NCBI GenBank assembly: GCA_045807565.1 | Contig: JBJMHD010000146.1 | Span: 3,085-67,084, forward strand | Source: Acidimicrobiales bacterium | GTDB taxonomy: Bacteria > Actinomycetota > Acidimicrobiia > Acidimicrobiales > VFJN01 | DNA: 64,000 bases | Reading direction: 5' to 3' | Shown here: piece after piece, positions 17,216 to 27,277 of the stretch | How positions within the stretch are numbered: the stretch's first letter is position 1 | Layout: the number at the start of each line of letters is the position of its first letter | Position numbers and translations under genes: made by a program | The notes under the pieces: model-generated | What the model was told of the DNA's origin: nothing | Database searches by the model: none | What the model saw: the letters and a program-made list of their open reading frames with translations, nothing else

Positions 17216-18747
17216 GCACGACCATGGAGCCCGACCTGAGCTGGTGCTCGGTGCTCGCGCACCATGCCGTCCGCACGCCCCACAAGGCGATCACGCTGTT
17301 CGAGGGGGAGGCGATCACCTACGCCGAGATGGCCGAGCGGTCCGCGGCGCTGGCCGCCGGCCTCGCCGAGCGAGGTGTCCGCCGTGGGGACGTGGTCGCG
17401 CTGCTGTCCTACAGCTGCCCGGAGATGATCGAGACGGTGTTCGCCGCGAACCACCTCGGCGCCATCGCCATGCCGATCAACTGGCGCCTCGCCGCGCCCG
17501 AGGTGCGCTACATCCTGGAGCACTCCGGCGCCCGCGCCCTCGTGTGCGACCGTGACCTGCTCGCGCTGGCCGACGAGGCGACCAAGGGCATCGAGGGCAC
17601 GATCGTGCGAGCCGCGATCGCGCCGACTGCACCGGACGGCTGGGTGGCCCTCGCTGACGTCCGCTCGCGCCCGATCGACGCCGTCGCGGTGGCAGCCGAC
17701 GACGTCCATCGCCTCATGTACACCTCGGGCACCACCGGACGGCCCAAGGGCGTGATGCTCACGCACGCCAACCTGGCCTGGAAGAACCTGGCGCACCTGG
17801 TGGAGTTCGGCTTCACCAGCGCCGACCTCGGGCTGGCGTGCGGGCCGCTGTACCACGTCGGCGCCCTCGACCTCACCACCACCACGCTGATCGCCGCCGG
17901 TGCGACGGTCATCGTCCATCGCACCTTCGATGCGGCGGCGGTGGTCGACGAGCTCGAGCGCTCGCGCGTCACCACCGTGTGGCTCGCCCCGGCCATGGTC
18001 AACGCGATCATGGCGCTGCCCGACGTGGAGCGGCGCGATCTCTCGTCGGTGCGCGTGATCATCAACGGTGGCGAGAAGATGCCCATCCCGCTCATCGAGC
18101 GGATCCAGCGCACCTTCCCCTCGGCCTGGTTCGCCGACGCCTACGGGCTCACCGAGACCGTGTCGGGTGACACGTTCCTGGACCGCGACAGCATCGTCAC
18201 CAAGCTCGGCAGCGTCGGGCGTCCTTGCCTGCACCTCGAGCTCGACATCTGGGACGACGCCGGTCGACCGTTGCCGCCCGGCGAGCGCGGGGAGATCGTG
18301 CTGCGCGGGCCCAAGGTGTTCAAGGGCTACTGGCGCGACGAGGACGCCACCGCTCGCGCCTTCGCCGGCGGCTGGTTCCACACCGGCGACGTCGGGGTGG
18401 TCGACGACGACGGCTACCTCTTCATCGTCGACCGGCTGAAGGACATGATCGTCTCCGGCGGCGAGAACATCGCCAGCTCCGAGGTGGAGCGCGTGCTCTA
18501 CGAGCACGATGCCGTGCTGGAGGCTGCCGTCGTCGGCCGGCCCGACGAGCGCTGGGGCGAGGTGCCGGTGGCGTACGTCGTGCTCCGCGACGGGTCGAGC
18601 GCCACCGAGGAGGAGCTGCTCGAGCGGTGCCGGCGCGACCTCGCCAAGTTCAAGGTGCCGAAGGACCTGTCGTTCATCGATGCCTTGCCGCGCAACCCGT
18701 CCGGCAAGGTCCTGAAGCGAGAGCTGCGCGCTGGGAGACCCGAGTGA
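17212..18747 (+). CDS. AMP-dependent acyl-CoA synthetase/ligase
   Basis: The ATG overlaps the upstream stop (ATGA). It has YTSGTTGRPKGV, GWFHTGD and a PSGKVLKRE loop. Confidence 0.85.
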   Translation: MSTTMEPDLSWCSVLAHHAVRTPHKAITLFEGEAITYAEMAERSAALAAGLAERGVRRGDVVALLSYSCPEMIETVFAANHLGAIAMPINWRLAAPEVRYILEHSGARALVCDRDLLALADEATKGIEGTIVRAAIAPTAPDGWVALADVRSRPIDAVAVAADDVHRLMYTSGTTGRPKGVMLTHANLAWKNLAHLVEFGFTSADLGLACGPLYHVGALDLTTTTLIAAGATVIVHRTFDAAAVVDELERSRVTTVWLAPAMVNAIMALPDVERRDLSSVRVIINGGEKMPIPLIERIQRTFPSAWFADAYGLTETVSGDTFLDRDSIVTKLGSVGRPCLHLELDIWDDAGRPLPPGERGEIVLRGPKVFKGYWRDEDATARAFAGGWFHTGDVGVVDDDGYLFIVDRLKDMIVSGGENIASSEVERVLYEHDAVLEAAVVGRPDERWGEVPVAYVVLRDGSSATEEELLERCRRDLAKFKVPKDLSFIDALPRNPSGKVLKRELRAGRPE

Positions 18748-20027
18748 CGGACTGGAAGACGATCGACTACTTCTTCGACGAGGCGCTCGTCGAAGACCCG
18801 TACCGCTACTACGACGACCTCCGCGCCGAGTGCCCGGTTCTGTCGCTCGACCACCTCGGCGTGTTCGCGGTCACCGGCTACGACGAGCTGCTCGAGGTCT
18901 ACCGCGACACGGGCTCGTTCTCGTCGTGCAACTCGGTGGTCGGCCCCTTTGCCACGTTCCCGGTGCCGCTCGAGGGTGATGACGTCAGCGAGATCATCAG
19001 CGCCCACCGGGATCAGCTGCCCATGGCCGAGCACATGGTCACCATGGATCCGCCGGACCACACCCGTGAGCGCGCGCTGCTGATGCGCCTCATCACCCCG
19101 AAGCGCCTCAAGGACAACGAGGACTTCATGTGGCGGCTGGCCGACCACCAGCTCGACGACCTCGTCCCGTCCGGCGCCTGCGAGTTCATCTCCGCCTACG
19201 CGCAGCCCTTCGCCATGCTCGTGGTGGCCGACCTGCTGGGCGTGCCCGAGGAGGACCACCAGATGCTCCGCGAGTTCTTCGGGATGAGCGGCACGCCGGG
19301 CAAGGTGGGCGCCGGGAAGGGCGGCGTGTCGGGCTACAACCCGCTGGGCAGCCTCGACGAGTACTTCGCCTCCTACATCGAGGAGCGCCGCCGCGTGCCG
19401 CGCAGGGACGTGCTCACCGACCTCGCGCTCGCCACCTACCCCGACGGCGACGTCCCCGACGTCACCGCCGTGGTGCGCACGGCGACGTTCCTCTTCGCGG
19501 CGGGGCAGGAGACCACAGCGCGCCTGCTCGCCGCCGCCCTCAAGCACCTCGCCGAGCACCCCGACCTCCAGGACGACCTGCGGCACGACCGGGAGAAGAT
19601 CCCCAACTTCCTGGAGGAGGTGCTGCGCGTCGAGAGCCCGGTGAAGACGGACTTCCGGCTCACCAAGCGGACGACGACCGTCGCCGGCGTGGAGGTGCCG
19701 GCGGGGAAGCCGCTGATGCTGCTCAACGGTGCCGCCAACCGCGACCCCAGGCGCTTCGAGTGCCCGCACGAGTTCCGCATCGACCGCCCGAACGCCGCCG
19801 CCCACGTCGCCTTCGGGCGGGGCGCGCACTCGTGCCCGGGCGGACCCCTGGCGCGCTCGGAGGGCCGGGTGAGCCTCGAGCGCATCCTCGAGCGGCTGCG
19901 GAACATCCGGCTGTCCGACGACCACCACGGTCCGCCCGGCGCTCGGACGTTCCGCTACGAGCCGACGTGGGTGCTGCGCGGCCTCACCGAGCTGCACCTC
20001 GAGTTCGATCCGATCGAGGCGTCATGA
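18744..20027 (+). CDS. cytochrome P450
   Basis: The GTG overlaps the upstream stop (GTGA). It has the ExxR motif in EEVLRVES and the heme loop FGRGAHSCPG. Confidence 0.85.
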   Translation: MTDWKTIDYFFDEALVEDPYRYYDDLRAECPVLSLDHLGVFAVTGYDELLEVYRDTGSFSSCNSVVGPFATFPVPLEGDDVSEIISAHRDQLPMAEHMVTMDPPDHTRERALLMRLITPKRLKDNEDFMWRLADHQLDDLVPSGACEFISAYAQPFAMLVVADLLGVPEEDHQMLREFFGMSGTPGKVGAGKGGVSGYNPLGSLDEYFASYIEERRRVPRRDVLTDLALATYPDGDVPDVTAVVRTATFLFAAGQETTARLLAAALKHLAEHPDLQDDLRHDREKIPNFLEEVLRVESPVKTDFRLTKRTTTVAGVEVPAGKPLMLLNGAANRDPRRFECPHEFRIDRPNAAAHVAFGRGAHSCPGGPLARSEGRVSLERILERLRNIRLSDDHHGPPGARTFRYEPTWVLRGLTELHLEFDPIEAS

Positions 20028-20076
20028 GCCGCACCGAGCGCAGCACTACCTTGCCGACGACCAGGAAGGGGACGGG

Positions 20077-21285
20077 GTGACCGCCACCGAGCCAGACCTG
20101 TACTACGACCCGTACGACTTCGAGATCGACGCCGACCCGTACCCGCTCTGGCGACGGCTCCGCGAGGAGTCACCGCTGTACCACAACGAGAAGTACGACT
20201 TCTTCGCGGTGAGCCGGTTCGACGACTGCGAGAAGGCACTCGTCGACTGGCGCACCTACAGCTCAGCGCGCGGCACGGTGCTCGAGCTCCTGAAGGCCAA
20301 CCTCGAGATGCCCCCGGGATCCATCATCTTCGAGGACCCGCCGAACCACGACCTGCACCGCGGCCTGCTGTCTCGGGTCTTCACCCCCCGGCGGGTGAAC
20401 GGGCTCGAGCCGAAGATCCGCGAGTACTGCGCGACGCGCCTCGACCCCACGGTCGGCACCGGCACGTTCGACTTCATCCACGACCTCGGCGCCTACATGC
20501 CGATGCGCACCATCGGCATGCTGCTCGGCATCCCCGAAGCGGACCAGGAGGCGCTCCGCGAGCACATCGACAAGGGCCTCGAGCTCGAGTCGGCCGAGAT
20601 GCCGGACATGCTCGAGAAGATGGCCAACGGCATGGCGCAGTCCGAGGTCTTCGGCGACTACGTCGACTGGCGCATGCAGAACCCGTCCGACGACCTCATG
20701 ACCGAGCTCCTCAACGCCGAGTTCGAGGACGTCGACGGCGAGCGCAAGAAGCTCACCCGTGAGGAGGTCCTCAACTTCATCAACCTCCTCTCGGGAGCGG
20801 GCAACGAGACAACCACCCGCCTCATCGGCTGGACGGGCAAGACCCTCGCCGAGCACCCGGACCAGCTGCGGAAGGTGGCCGAGGACCGATCGCTGGTGCC
20901 GAACGTGATCGAGGAGGTCCTCCGCTACGAGGCGCCCTCACCGGTCCAGGCCCGGTTCGTGATGCACGACGTCGAGCTGCACGGCCAGACCGTGCCGCAG
21001 GGCAGCGCGATGGTGGTCATCAACGGCTCCGGCAACCGCGACGATCGCCACTTCGAGGATGGTGACTCCTTCGACATCGAGCGCACCATCGACCACCACC
21101 TCTCCTTCGGCTACGGGATCCACTTCTGCCTCGGCGCCGCGCTGGCCCGGCTCGAGGGTCGCATCGCCCTCGACGAGGTGTTGAACCGCTTCCCCGACGG
21201 GTGGGACGTCGACTGGGACAACGCCAAGCAGGCCCGAACGTCCACCGTGCGGGGATGGCAGACGCTCCCGGTGGTGACGCGGTGA
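20077..21285 (+). CDS. cytochrome P450
   Basis: It has the ExxR motif in EEVLRYEA, the heme loop FGYGIHFCLG and the I-helix AGNETT. Confidence 0.9.
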   Translation: MTATEPDLYYDPYDFEIDADPYPLWRRLREESPLYHNEKYDFFAVSRFDDCEKALVDWRTYSSARGTVLELLKANLEMPPGSIIFEDPPNHDLHRGLLSRVFTPRRVNGLEPKIREYCATRLDPTVGTGTFDFIHDLGAYMPMRTIGMLLGIPEADQEALREHIDKGLELESAEMPDMLEKMANGMAQSEVFGDYVDWRMQNPSDDLMTELLNAEFEDVDGERKKLTREEVLNFINLLSGAGNETTTRLIGWTGKTLAEHPDQLRKVAEDRSLVPNVIEEVLRYEAPSPVQARFVMHDVELHGQTVPQGSAMVVINGSGNRDDRHFEDGDSFDIERTIDHHLSFGYGIHFCLGAALARLEGRIALDEVLNRFPDGWDVDWDNAKQARTSTVRGWQTLPVVTR

Positions 21286-22040
21286 CGGCCGTGCGGACCG
21301 TCGTGGTCGGCGCGTCCAGCGGCCTCGGGCGCTCGATCGCCGTGGGCCTCGGCCAGCGGGGGCACCGGGTGGCGCTCCTGGCTCGGCGCCAGGACCGACT
21401 GGAGCGCGCGGCCAAGGAAGCGGGCGAGGGCTGCGTCCCGATCGTGTGCGACGTCACCGACGAGGCATCCGTCGAGTCGGCGATGGCATCGGCCGTCGAG
21501 CACCTCGGAGGCGTCGACGGGCTGGTGTACGCGACGGGCATCGGCGAGCTCTCGACCCTGATGGAGCACGACAAGGACCGCTGGCACCGCGCCTTCGACA
21601 CCAACGTGATCGGTGCGTGGCAGGTCACCAGGGCGGCCATCCCCCACCTGGCGGCGTCACAGGGCGCGGCGGCCTACCTCTCGTCGGTCAGCGCCTCGCT
21701 CACCCCGCCGTGGCCCGGGCTCGGCTCCTATGCGGTGAGCAAGGCCGCACTCGACAAGCTGGTCGAGGCCTGGCGCGCCGAGCACCCCCAGATCGGCTTC
21801 ACCCGTGTCATCGTCGGCGACTGCGCCGGCGGCGAGGGCGAGTCGCTCACCGAGTTCGCCGACGGCTGGGACCGCGAGGCCTCGGGCGACTTCGTCATGG
21901 AGTGGTACACGCGCAAGTACATCACCGGCACGCTCATGGACGTCCAAGAGCTGGTCGGCACCGTCGACTTCGTCGTCCGCTCCGGGAGCACGGTGTGCAT
22001 CCAGAGCGTCACGGCCGCCCCGCGCCCACCGGCGCCGTGA
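21282..22040 (+). CDS. SDR-family oxidoreductase
   Basis: The GTG overlaps the upstream stop (GTGA). It has GASSGLG and catalytic YAVSK. Confidence 0.75.
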   Translation: MTAVRTVVVGASSGLGRSIAVGLGQRGHRVALLARRQDRLERAAKEAGEGCVPIVCDVTDEASVESAMASAVEHLGGVDGLVYATGIGELSTLMEHDKDRWHRAFDTNVIGAWQVTRAAIPHLAASQGAAAYLSSVSASLTPPWPGLGSYAVSKAALDKLVEAWRAEHPQIGFTRVIVGDCAGGEGESLTEFADGWDREASGDFVMEWYTRKYITGTLMDVQELVGTVDFVVRSGSTVCIQSVTAAPRPPAP

Positions 22041-22050
22041 GGAGCGAGAG

Positions 22051-23118
22051 ATGACCGCACCACCCCATCGCGTCGTCCAGTGGACGACCGGCAACGTGGG
22101 CAAGAGCTCGGTGAAGGCGATCGCCGCCAGCCCCACCCTCGAGCTGGTCGGTTGCTACGCCTGGTCCGCCGACAAGGTCGGCCGCGACGTGGGCGAGCTG
22201 TGCGGCATCGAAGCCCTGGGGGTGACGGCCACCGACGACGTCGACGCGCTGCTCGCGCTGGAGCCCGACTGCGTCGTCTACAACCCGATGTGGATGGACG
22301 TCGATGAGCTCGTGCGCATCCTGTCGGCGGGGGTGAACGTGGTGTCCTCCGCAGCGTTCGTCACCGGCGAGCGGCTCGGGCCGGATCGCGATCGGATCGT
22401 CGAGGCCTGCGACCAGGGCGGCGCGACCATGTTCGGCACCGGCATCAGCCCCGGGTTCGCCGAGCTGCTCGCCATCGTCGCCACGTCGATCTGCGATCGC
22501 GTCGACAAGGTCACCGTGGCGGAAGCGGCCGACACCACCTTCTACGACTCCCCCGACACCGAGCGTCCCGCCGGGTTCGGGCTGCCGATCGACGACCCGA
22601 GCCTGCCGGGGATGGCCGCCGAGGGCACGGCCGTGTTCGGCGAGGCGGTTCGGCTGGTGGCCGACGCGCTGGGCGTCGAGCTCGACGAGGTGCGCTGCGA
22701 CGCCGAGTACGCCCAGACCACCGAGGACCTCGATCTCGGCTCCTGGGTGATCCCGGCCGGTCACGTCGCCGGGGTCGCCGCGTCCTGGAAGGGCCTGGTG
22801 GGCGGCCGGGTCGTCGTCGACCTCAACGTGCGCTGGCGCAAGGGGTCGACCCTCGAGCCCGACTGGAAGATCGAGCAGGACGGCTGGGTCATCACCATCG
22901 AGGGCCGTCCGACGGTCACGATGAACGTGGGCTTCCTCCCGCCACCCGACTTCGAGGCCGAGACGATCGCCGACTTCATGGTGCTCGGCCACATCATGAC
23001 GGCGATGCCGCCGCTCAACGCCATCCCCGCGGTCGTCGCGGCGCCGCCCGGGATCGTGACGTACAACGACCTCCCGCTCACGGTCCCCCGCGGCTCCGTG
23101 CCGCTGGGTGGGTCGTAG
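22051..23118 (+). CDS. NAD(P)-binding DapB-N-like / amine-dehydrogenase-like family protein (copy 2)
   Basis: The ATG at 22051 is followed by RVVQWTTGNVGKSS. It is a paralog of 7367..8401. Confidence 0.65.
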   Translation: MTAPPHRVVQWTTGNVGKSSVKAIAASPTLELVGCYAWSADKVGRDVGELCGIEALGVTATDDVDALLALEPDCVVYNPMWMDVDELVRILSAGVNVVSSAAFVTGERLGPDRDRIVEACDQGGATMFGTGISPGFAELLAIVATSICDRVDKVTVAEAADTTFYDSPDTERPAGFGLPIDDPSLPGMAAEGTAVFGEAVRLVADALGVELDEVRCDAEYAQTTEDLDLGSWVIPAGHVAGVAASWKGLVGGRVVVDLNVRWRKGSTLEPDWKIEQDGWVITIEGRPTVTMNVGFLPPPDFEAETIADFMVLGHIMTAMPPLNAIPAVVAAPPGIVTYNDLPLTVPRGSVPLGGS

Positions 23119-23140
23119 GACCCGGTCGTAGGATCGCCCG

Positions 23141-23908
23141 ATGGCGTCTGACCGACCTCCCACGCAGCTCCCGACCTTCGACAGCGTCGAGGAGGAGCGC
23201 CTCCACCGAAAGCAGCGCCTCGCCGCGGCGTTCCGCCTGTTCGGGCAGTTCGGCTTCGACGAGGGCGTCGCCGGCCACATCACCGCGCGCGACCCCGAGC
23301 TCCTCGACCACTTCTGGGTCAACCCGCTGGCGATGAGCTTCAAGCAGATCAAGGTGAAGGACCTCATCCTCGTGAACGACCACGGCGAGGTCGTCGACGG
23401 CACCTGGCCCGTGAACGCGGCGGCGTTCGCCATCCACTCGCAGGTCCACGCCGCCCGGCCCGACGTGGTCGCCGCCGCGCACTCGCACTCCGTCTACGGC
23501 AAGTCGTGGTCCTCCCTCCGCCGCCTCCTCGACCCGCTCACCCAGGACTCGTGCGCCTTCTACGGCGACCACGCCCTGTTCGACGACTTCACGGGCGTCG
23601 TCCTCGACCTCGAGGAGGGCAAGCGGATCGCCCACGCCCTCGGGGACCACAAGGCCGTGATCCTCTCGAACCACGGGCTGCTCACCTGCGGCCACACCGT
23701 CGACGAAGCGGCGTGGTGGTTCATCACCATGGAGCGCACGTGCCAGGCACAGCTCCTCGCCGAGGCGGCCGGCTCCCCGGTGCTCATCGACCGCGAGCAG
23801 GCGGAGAAGACCGCCCAGCAGGTCGGCAGCCACCTGGCCGGATGGTTCTCCTTCCAGCCGCTCTACGACTGGATCACCTCGGTCCAGCCCGACCTCCTCG
23901 AGGAGTAG
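23141..23908 (+). CDS. class II aldolase/adducin-family protein
   Basis: It has GVAGHITARD, an AIHSQVHAARPDV segment and a His cluster AAAHSHS. Confidence 0.8.
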   Translation: MASDRPPTQLPTFDSVEEERLHRKQRLAAAFRLFGQFGFDEGVAGHITARDPELLDHFWVNPLAMSFKQIKVKDLILVNDHGEVVDGTWPVNAAAFAIHSQVHAARPDVVAAAHSHSVYGKSWSSLRRLLDPLTQDSCAFYGDHALFDDFTGVVLDLEEGKRIAHALGDHKAVILSNHGLLTCGHTVDEAAWWFITMERTCQAQLLAEAAGSPVLIDREQAEKTAQQVGSHLAGWFSFQPLYDWITSVQPDLLEE

Positions 23909-23914
23909 CCCTCT

Positions 23915-25216
23915 GTGACCTGGAGCTTCGAGACCGAACCCGAGTTCCAGGAGAAGCTGGACTGGGCCGACGCCTTCGTGCGCGAGGAGGTGGAGCCACT
24001 CGACCTGCTGTGGCCGGACCTCGTGTTCACGCCCCCGGACGACACGCTCAAGAAGGTGCTCGACCCGCTCAAGGAGCAGGTCCGCGCCCAGGGGCTCTGG
24101 GCGACGCACCTCGGCCCCGAGCTCGGCGGCGCCGGCTACGGCCAGCTGAAGCTGAGCCTCCTCAACGAGATCCTCGGCCGGTCGTCCTGGGCGCCGGTGA
24201 TCTTCGGCTGCCAGGCACCCGACACCGGCAACGCCGAGATCATCGCCCACTACGGCACGCCCGAGCAGAAGGAGCAGTACCTCAAGCCGCTGCTGAACGG
24301 CGAGCTGTTCTCGTGCTACTCGATGACCGAGCCCCACGCCGGGGCCGACCCCACGCTGTTCAAGACCCGCGCCACCAAGGACGGCGACGAGTGGGTGATC
24401 GAGGGGTGGAAGTTCTTCTCCTCGAACGCGAAGACCGCGGCCTTCCTGATCGTGATGGCGGTCACCGATCCCGACGTGAGCGCCTACCAGGGCATGTCGA
24501 TGTTCCTGGTCCCCACCGACACACCAGGCGTCGACATCGTGCGCGACATCGGCCTCGGCGGTGAGCCCCTCGGCGAGGGCTCGCACGCCCTCATCCACTA
24601 CGACGGCGTCCGCGTGCCCGCCGACGCGCTGCTCGGCGGGGAGGGCCAGGCCTTCGCCATCGCCCAGACGCGGCTGGGCGGTGGGCGCATCCACCACGCC
24701 ATGCGCACCATCGGCATGGCCACCAAGGCGCTCGACGCCATGTGCGAGCGCGCCCTGAGCCGCGAGGTGTCGGGCGGCCTGCTCGCCGAGAAGCAGTTCG
24801 TGCAGGGCTACATCGCCGACTCCTACGCGCAGCTCGTGCAGTTCCGGCTCTTCGTGCTCTACACCGCCTGGACGATCGACAAGCACAACGACTACCGCAA
24901 GGTGCGCAAGGACATCTCCGCGGTGAAGGTGATCATGCCCACCGTGCTGCACGACATCGCGTGGCGCGCCATGCAGGTGCACGGCGCCCTGGGCGTGAGC
25001 AACGAGATGCCGTTCCACGGCATGATGCTCGGCGCCAGCGTGATGGGGCTCGCCGACGGGCCCACCGAGGTGCACAAGGTCACCGTCGCCCGGCAGGTGC
25101 TCCGCGAGCACAAGCCGACCGACGACCTCTGGCCCACGTCCCACCTGCCCAAGCGGCTCGCGGCCGCCCGCGAGAAGTACGCGGAGCACCTCGAGCACAC
25201 GGTGGGCAACCTGTGA
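23915..25216 (+). CDS. acyl-CoA dehydrogenase, ACAD10/ACAD11/FadE2-like subfamily
   Basis: GTG start. It has the ACAD middle and C-terminal domains. The C-terminal motif LADGPTEVHK is one I recall as typical of this subfamily. Confidence 0.8.
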   Translation: MTWSFETEPEFQEKLDWADAFVREEVEPLDLLWPDLVFTPPDDTLKKVLDPLKEQVRAQGLWATHLGPELGGAGYGQLKLSLLNEILGRSSWAPVIFGCQAPDTGNAEIIAHYGTPEQKEQYLKPLLNGELFSCYSMTEPHAGADPTLFKTRATKDGDEWVIEGWKFFSSNAKTAAFLIVMAVTDPDVSAYQGMSMFLVPTDTPGVDIVRDIGLGGEPLGEGSHALIHYDGVRVPADALLGGEGQAFAIAQTRLGGGRIHHAMRTIGMATKALDAMCERALSREVSGGLLAEKQFVQGYIADSYAQLVQFRLFVLYTAWTIDKHNDYRKVRKDISAVKVIMPTVLHDIAWRAMQVHGALGVSNEMPFHGMMLGASVMGLADGPTEVHKVTVARQVLREHKPTDDLWPTSHLPKRLAAAREKYAEHLEHTVGNL

Positions 25217-26229
25217 TCGACGTCCAGCGGCTGGAGACGTGGCTCGACGACGAGGGGCTGCCCGGCAAGGGCGAGCCGCTGGAGGCGACCTTCGTGACCG
25301 GCGGCACGCAGAACGAGATCTACGAGGTCCGCCGCGGCGAGCTGCACGGCGCCCTGCGCATCCCTCCGCCAGAGGCGCCGGCGCCGCGCGACGACGGCAT
25401 CCTCCGGGAGTGGCGGATCATCGACGCGCTGAGCGGCACCGACGTGCCCCACACCCCCGCCCTCGCCGCCTGCACGGACGCGTCCGTCCTGGGGCGCACC
25501 TTCTACCTGATGGGGTTCGTCGACGGGTGGTCGCCCATCAACGTCGACGGATGGCCGGCGCCGTTCGACGCCGACGTGGAGGCACGCCGGGGGTTGGCGT
25601 ACCAGCTCGTCGAGGGGATCGCGCTCCTGTCCAAGGTCGACTGGCAGGCCAAGGGCCTGCAGGACCTGGGGCGGCCCGACGGGTTCCACGAGCGGCAGGT
25701 GGACCGGTGGACCACCTTCCTCGAGCGGATCAAGGGCCGTGAGCTGCCGGGGTTCGAGGACGCCGCGGCCTGGCTGCGCGCCCACAAGCCGTACGACTAC
25801 GTGCCGGGGATCATGCACGGCGACTACCAGTTCGCCAACGTGATGTTCTGCCATGGCGGTCCGGCGCGCCTGGCCGCCATCGTCGACTGGGAGATGGGCA
25901 CCGTGGGCGACCCGAAGCTCGACCTCGGCTGGGTCACGAACTCGTGGCCCGAGGACACCTCGGAGGGCAAGGGCACGGTCGGCAGCTACGTCGACATGAC
26001 GGGGATGCCCTCGAAGTCGCAGGTGCTGGCCCACTACGCGGAGGTCTCGGGCCGTCAGGTCGACGACATCGCGTACTACGAGATCCTCGCCAAGTGGAAG
26101 CTCGCGGTGGTGCTCGAGCAGGGCTTCCAGCGCGCCGGCGACGACATCAAGCTGCAGGCGTTCGGGCCGGTGGTCCTCGACCTCATGCGCGAGGCGGCCG
26201 AGCTGGCGGCCACCACCGACTACCGGTGA
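25213..26229 (+). CDS. APH-type phosphotransferase (kinase) family protein
   Basis: The GTG overlaps the ACAD stop (GTGA). It has the catalytic loop HGDYQFANVMF and the metal-binding segment IVDWEMG. Confidence 0.8.
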   Translation: MIDVQRLETWLDDEGLPGKGEPLEATFVTGGTQNEIYEVRRGELHGALRIPPPEAPAPRDDGILREWRIIDALSGTDVPHTPALAACTDASVLGRTFYLMGFVDGWSPINVDGWPAPFDADVEARRGLAYQLVEGIALLSKVDWQAKGLQDLGRPDGFHERQVDRWTTFLERIKGRELPGFEDAAAWLRAHKPYDYVPGIMHGDYQFANVMFCHGGPARLAAIVDWEMGTVGDPKLDLGWVTNSWPEDTSEGKGTVGSYVDMTGMPSKSQVLAHYAEVSGRQVDDIAYYEILAKWKLAVVLEQGFQRAGDDIKLQAFGPVVLDLMREAAELAATTDYR

Positions 26230-26262
26230 CGTCCGCCCGCCGGCTGCGCTGAGGACGGCTCG

Positions 26263-27246
26263 ATGCGCGCCGCGGTGTGTCGCACCAACGGACCGCCCGA
26301 GGTCGTGGCGGTGGAGGACTGGCCGGTGGCAGCGGTGGGGGCCGGCGAGGCGCGCGTGCGCGTCGTCGCGGCTGCCGTGAACTTCCCGGACGTCCTGCTC
26401 GTCGCCGGTCAGTACCAGATCGAGGCGCCGCTCCCGTTCGTCGTCGGCAGCGAGCTGGCGGGCGTGGTGGAGGAGGTCGCCGGCGGCGTCGACCACGTGC
26501 GGCCCGGTGACCACGTGACGGGCACCAGCCTGGTGGGGGCCTTCGCCGAGGAGGTCGTGATGCCCGCAGCGACGTTGTCGCCGATCCCTGCGGGCCTGTC
26601 GGACGTCGACGCCGTGGCCGCAGGGGTGGCACACCGCACCGCCATCCACGTCCTCCGCTCCGGCGCTCGGCTCGCCGCGTCCGACGAGCTCGTCGTGCTC
26701 GGGGCGGGTGGCGGCGTCGGTCTCGCGACGGTCCAGCTGGGCGCTGCGCTCGGCGCCACCGTCACCGCCGTCGCGTCATCGGAGGAGAAGCTCCACGCGG
26801 CGCGAGCGAACGGGGCACAGCGCACAGTCCGCTCGGGCGGCGACCTGCGCGCCGCCCTGCGGGGAGCGCTGCCCGACGGGGCCGACGTCGTGGTGGACCC
26901 CGTCGGCGGCGAGCTGGCGGAGCCCGCGCTCCGCTCGCTGCGGTACGGCGGGCGCTTCGTGAGCGTGGGGTACGCCTCTGGTGAGATCCCGCGCATCCCG
27001 CTCAACGTCGTGCTGCTCAAGGGGATCGAGGTCCGAGGGTTCGAGTTCCTCGGCTTCGCCACCCACGAGCCCGATGCCCTCGTGCGGAACGAGGCCGAGC
27101 TGCGCGACCTGCTCACCAGCGGTCGGGTCCGTCCGCACATCGGCGCGACCTTCGCCCTCGACGAGGTGGCGGCTGCGCTGCGCTTCGTCGCCGACGGCCG
27201 AGCGGTGGGCAAGGTCGTGATCGACGTCGCCGGCGGCAGCGACTAG
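26263..27246 (+). CDS. MDR-family NADPH:quinone oxidoreductase / zinc-type alcohol dehydrogenase-like
   Basis: It has a GroES-like N-terminus and the nucleotide motif GAGGGVG. Confidence 0.8.
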   Translation: MRAAVCRTNGPPEVVAVEDWPVAAVGAGEARVRVVAAAVNFPDVLLVAGQYQIEAPLPFVVGSELAGVVEEVAGGVDHVRPGDHVTGTSLVGAFAEEVVMPAATLSPIPAGLSDVDAVAAGVAHRTAIHVLRSGARLAASDELVVLGAGGGVGLATVQLGAALGATVTAVASSEEKLHAARANGAQRTVRSGGDLRAALRGALPDGADVVVDPVGGELAEPALRSLRYGGRFVSVGYASGEIPRIPLNVVLLKGIEVRGFEFLGFATHEPDALVRNEAELRDLLTSGRVRPHIGATFALDEVAAALRFVADGRAVGKVVIDVAGGSD

Positions 27247-27277
27247 GACGAGCGGGCCAGAGCGGGAGGAGGACGGG

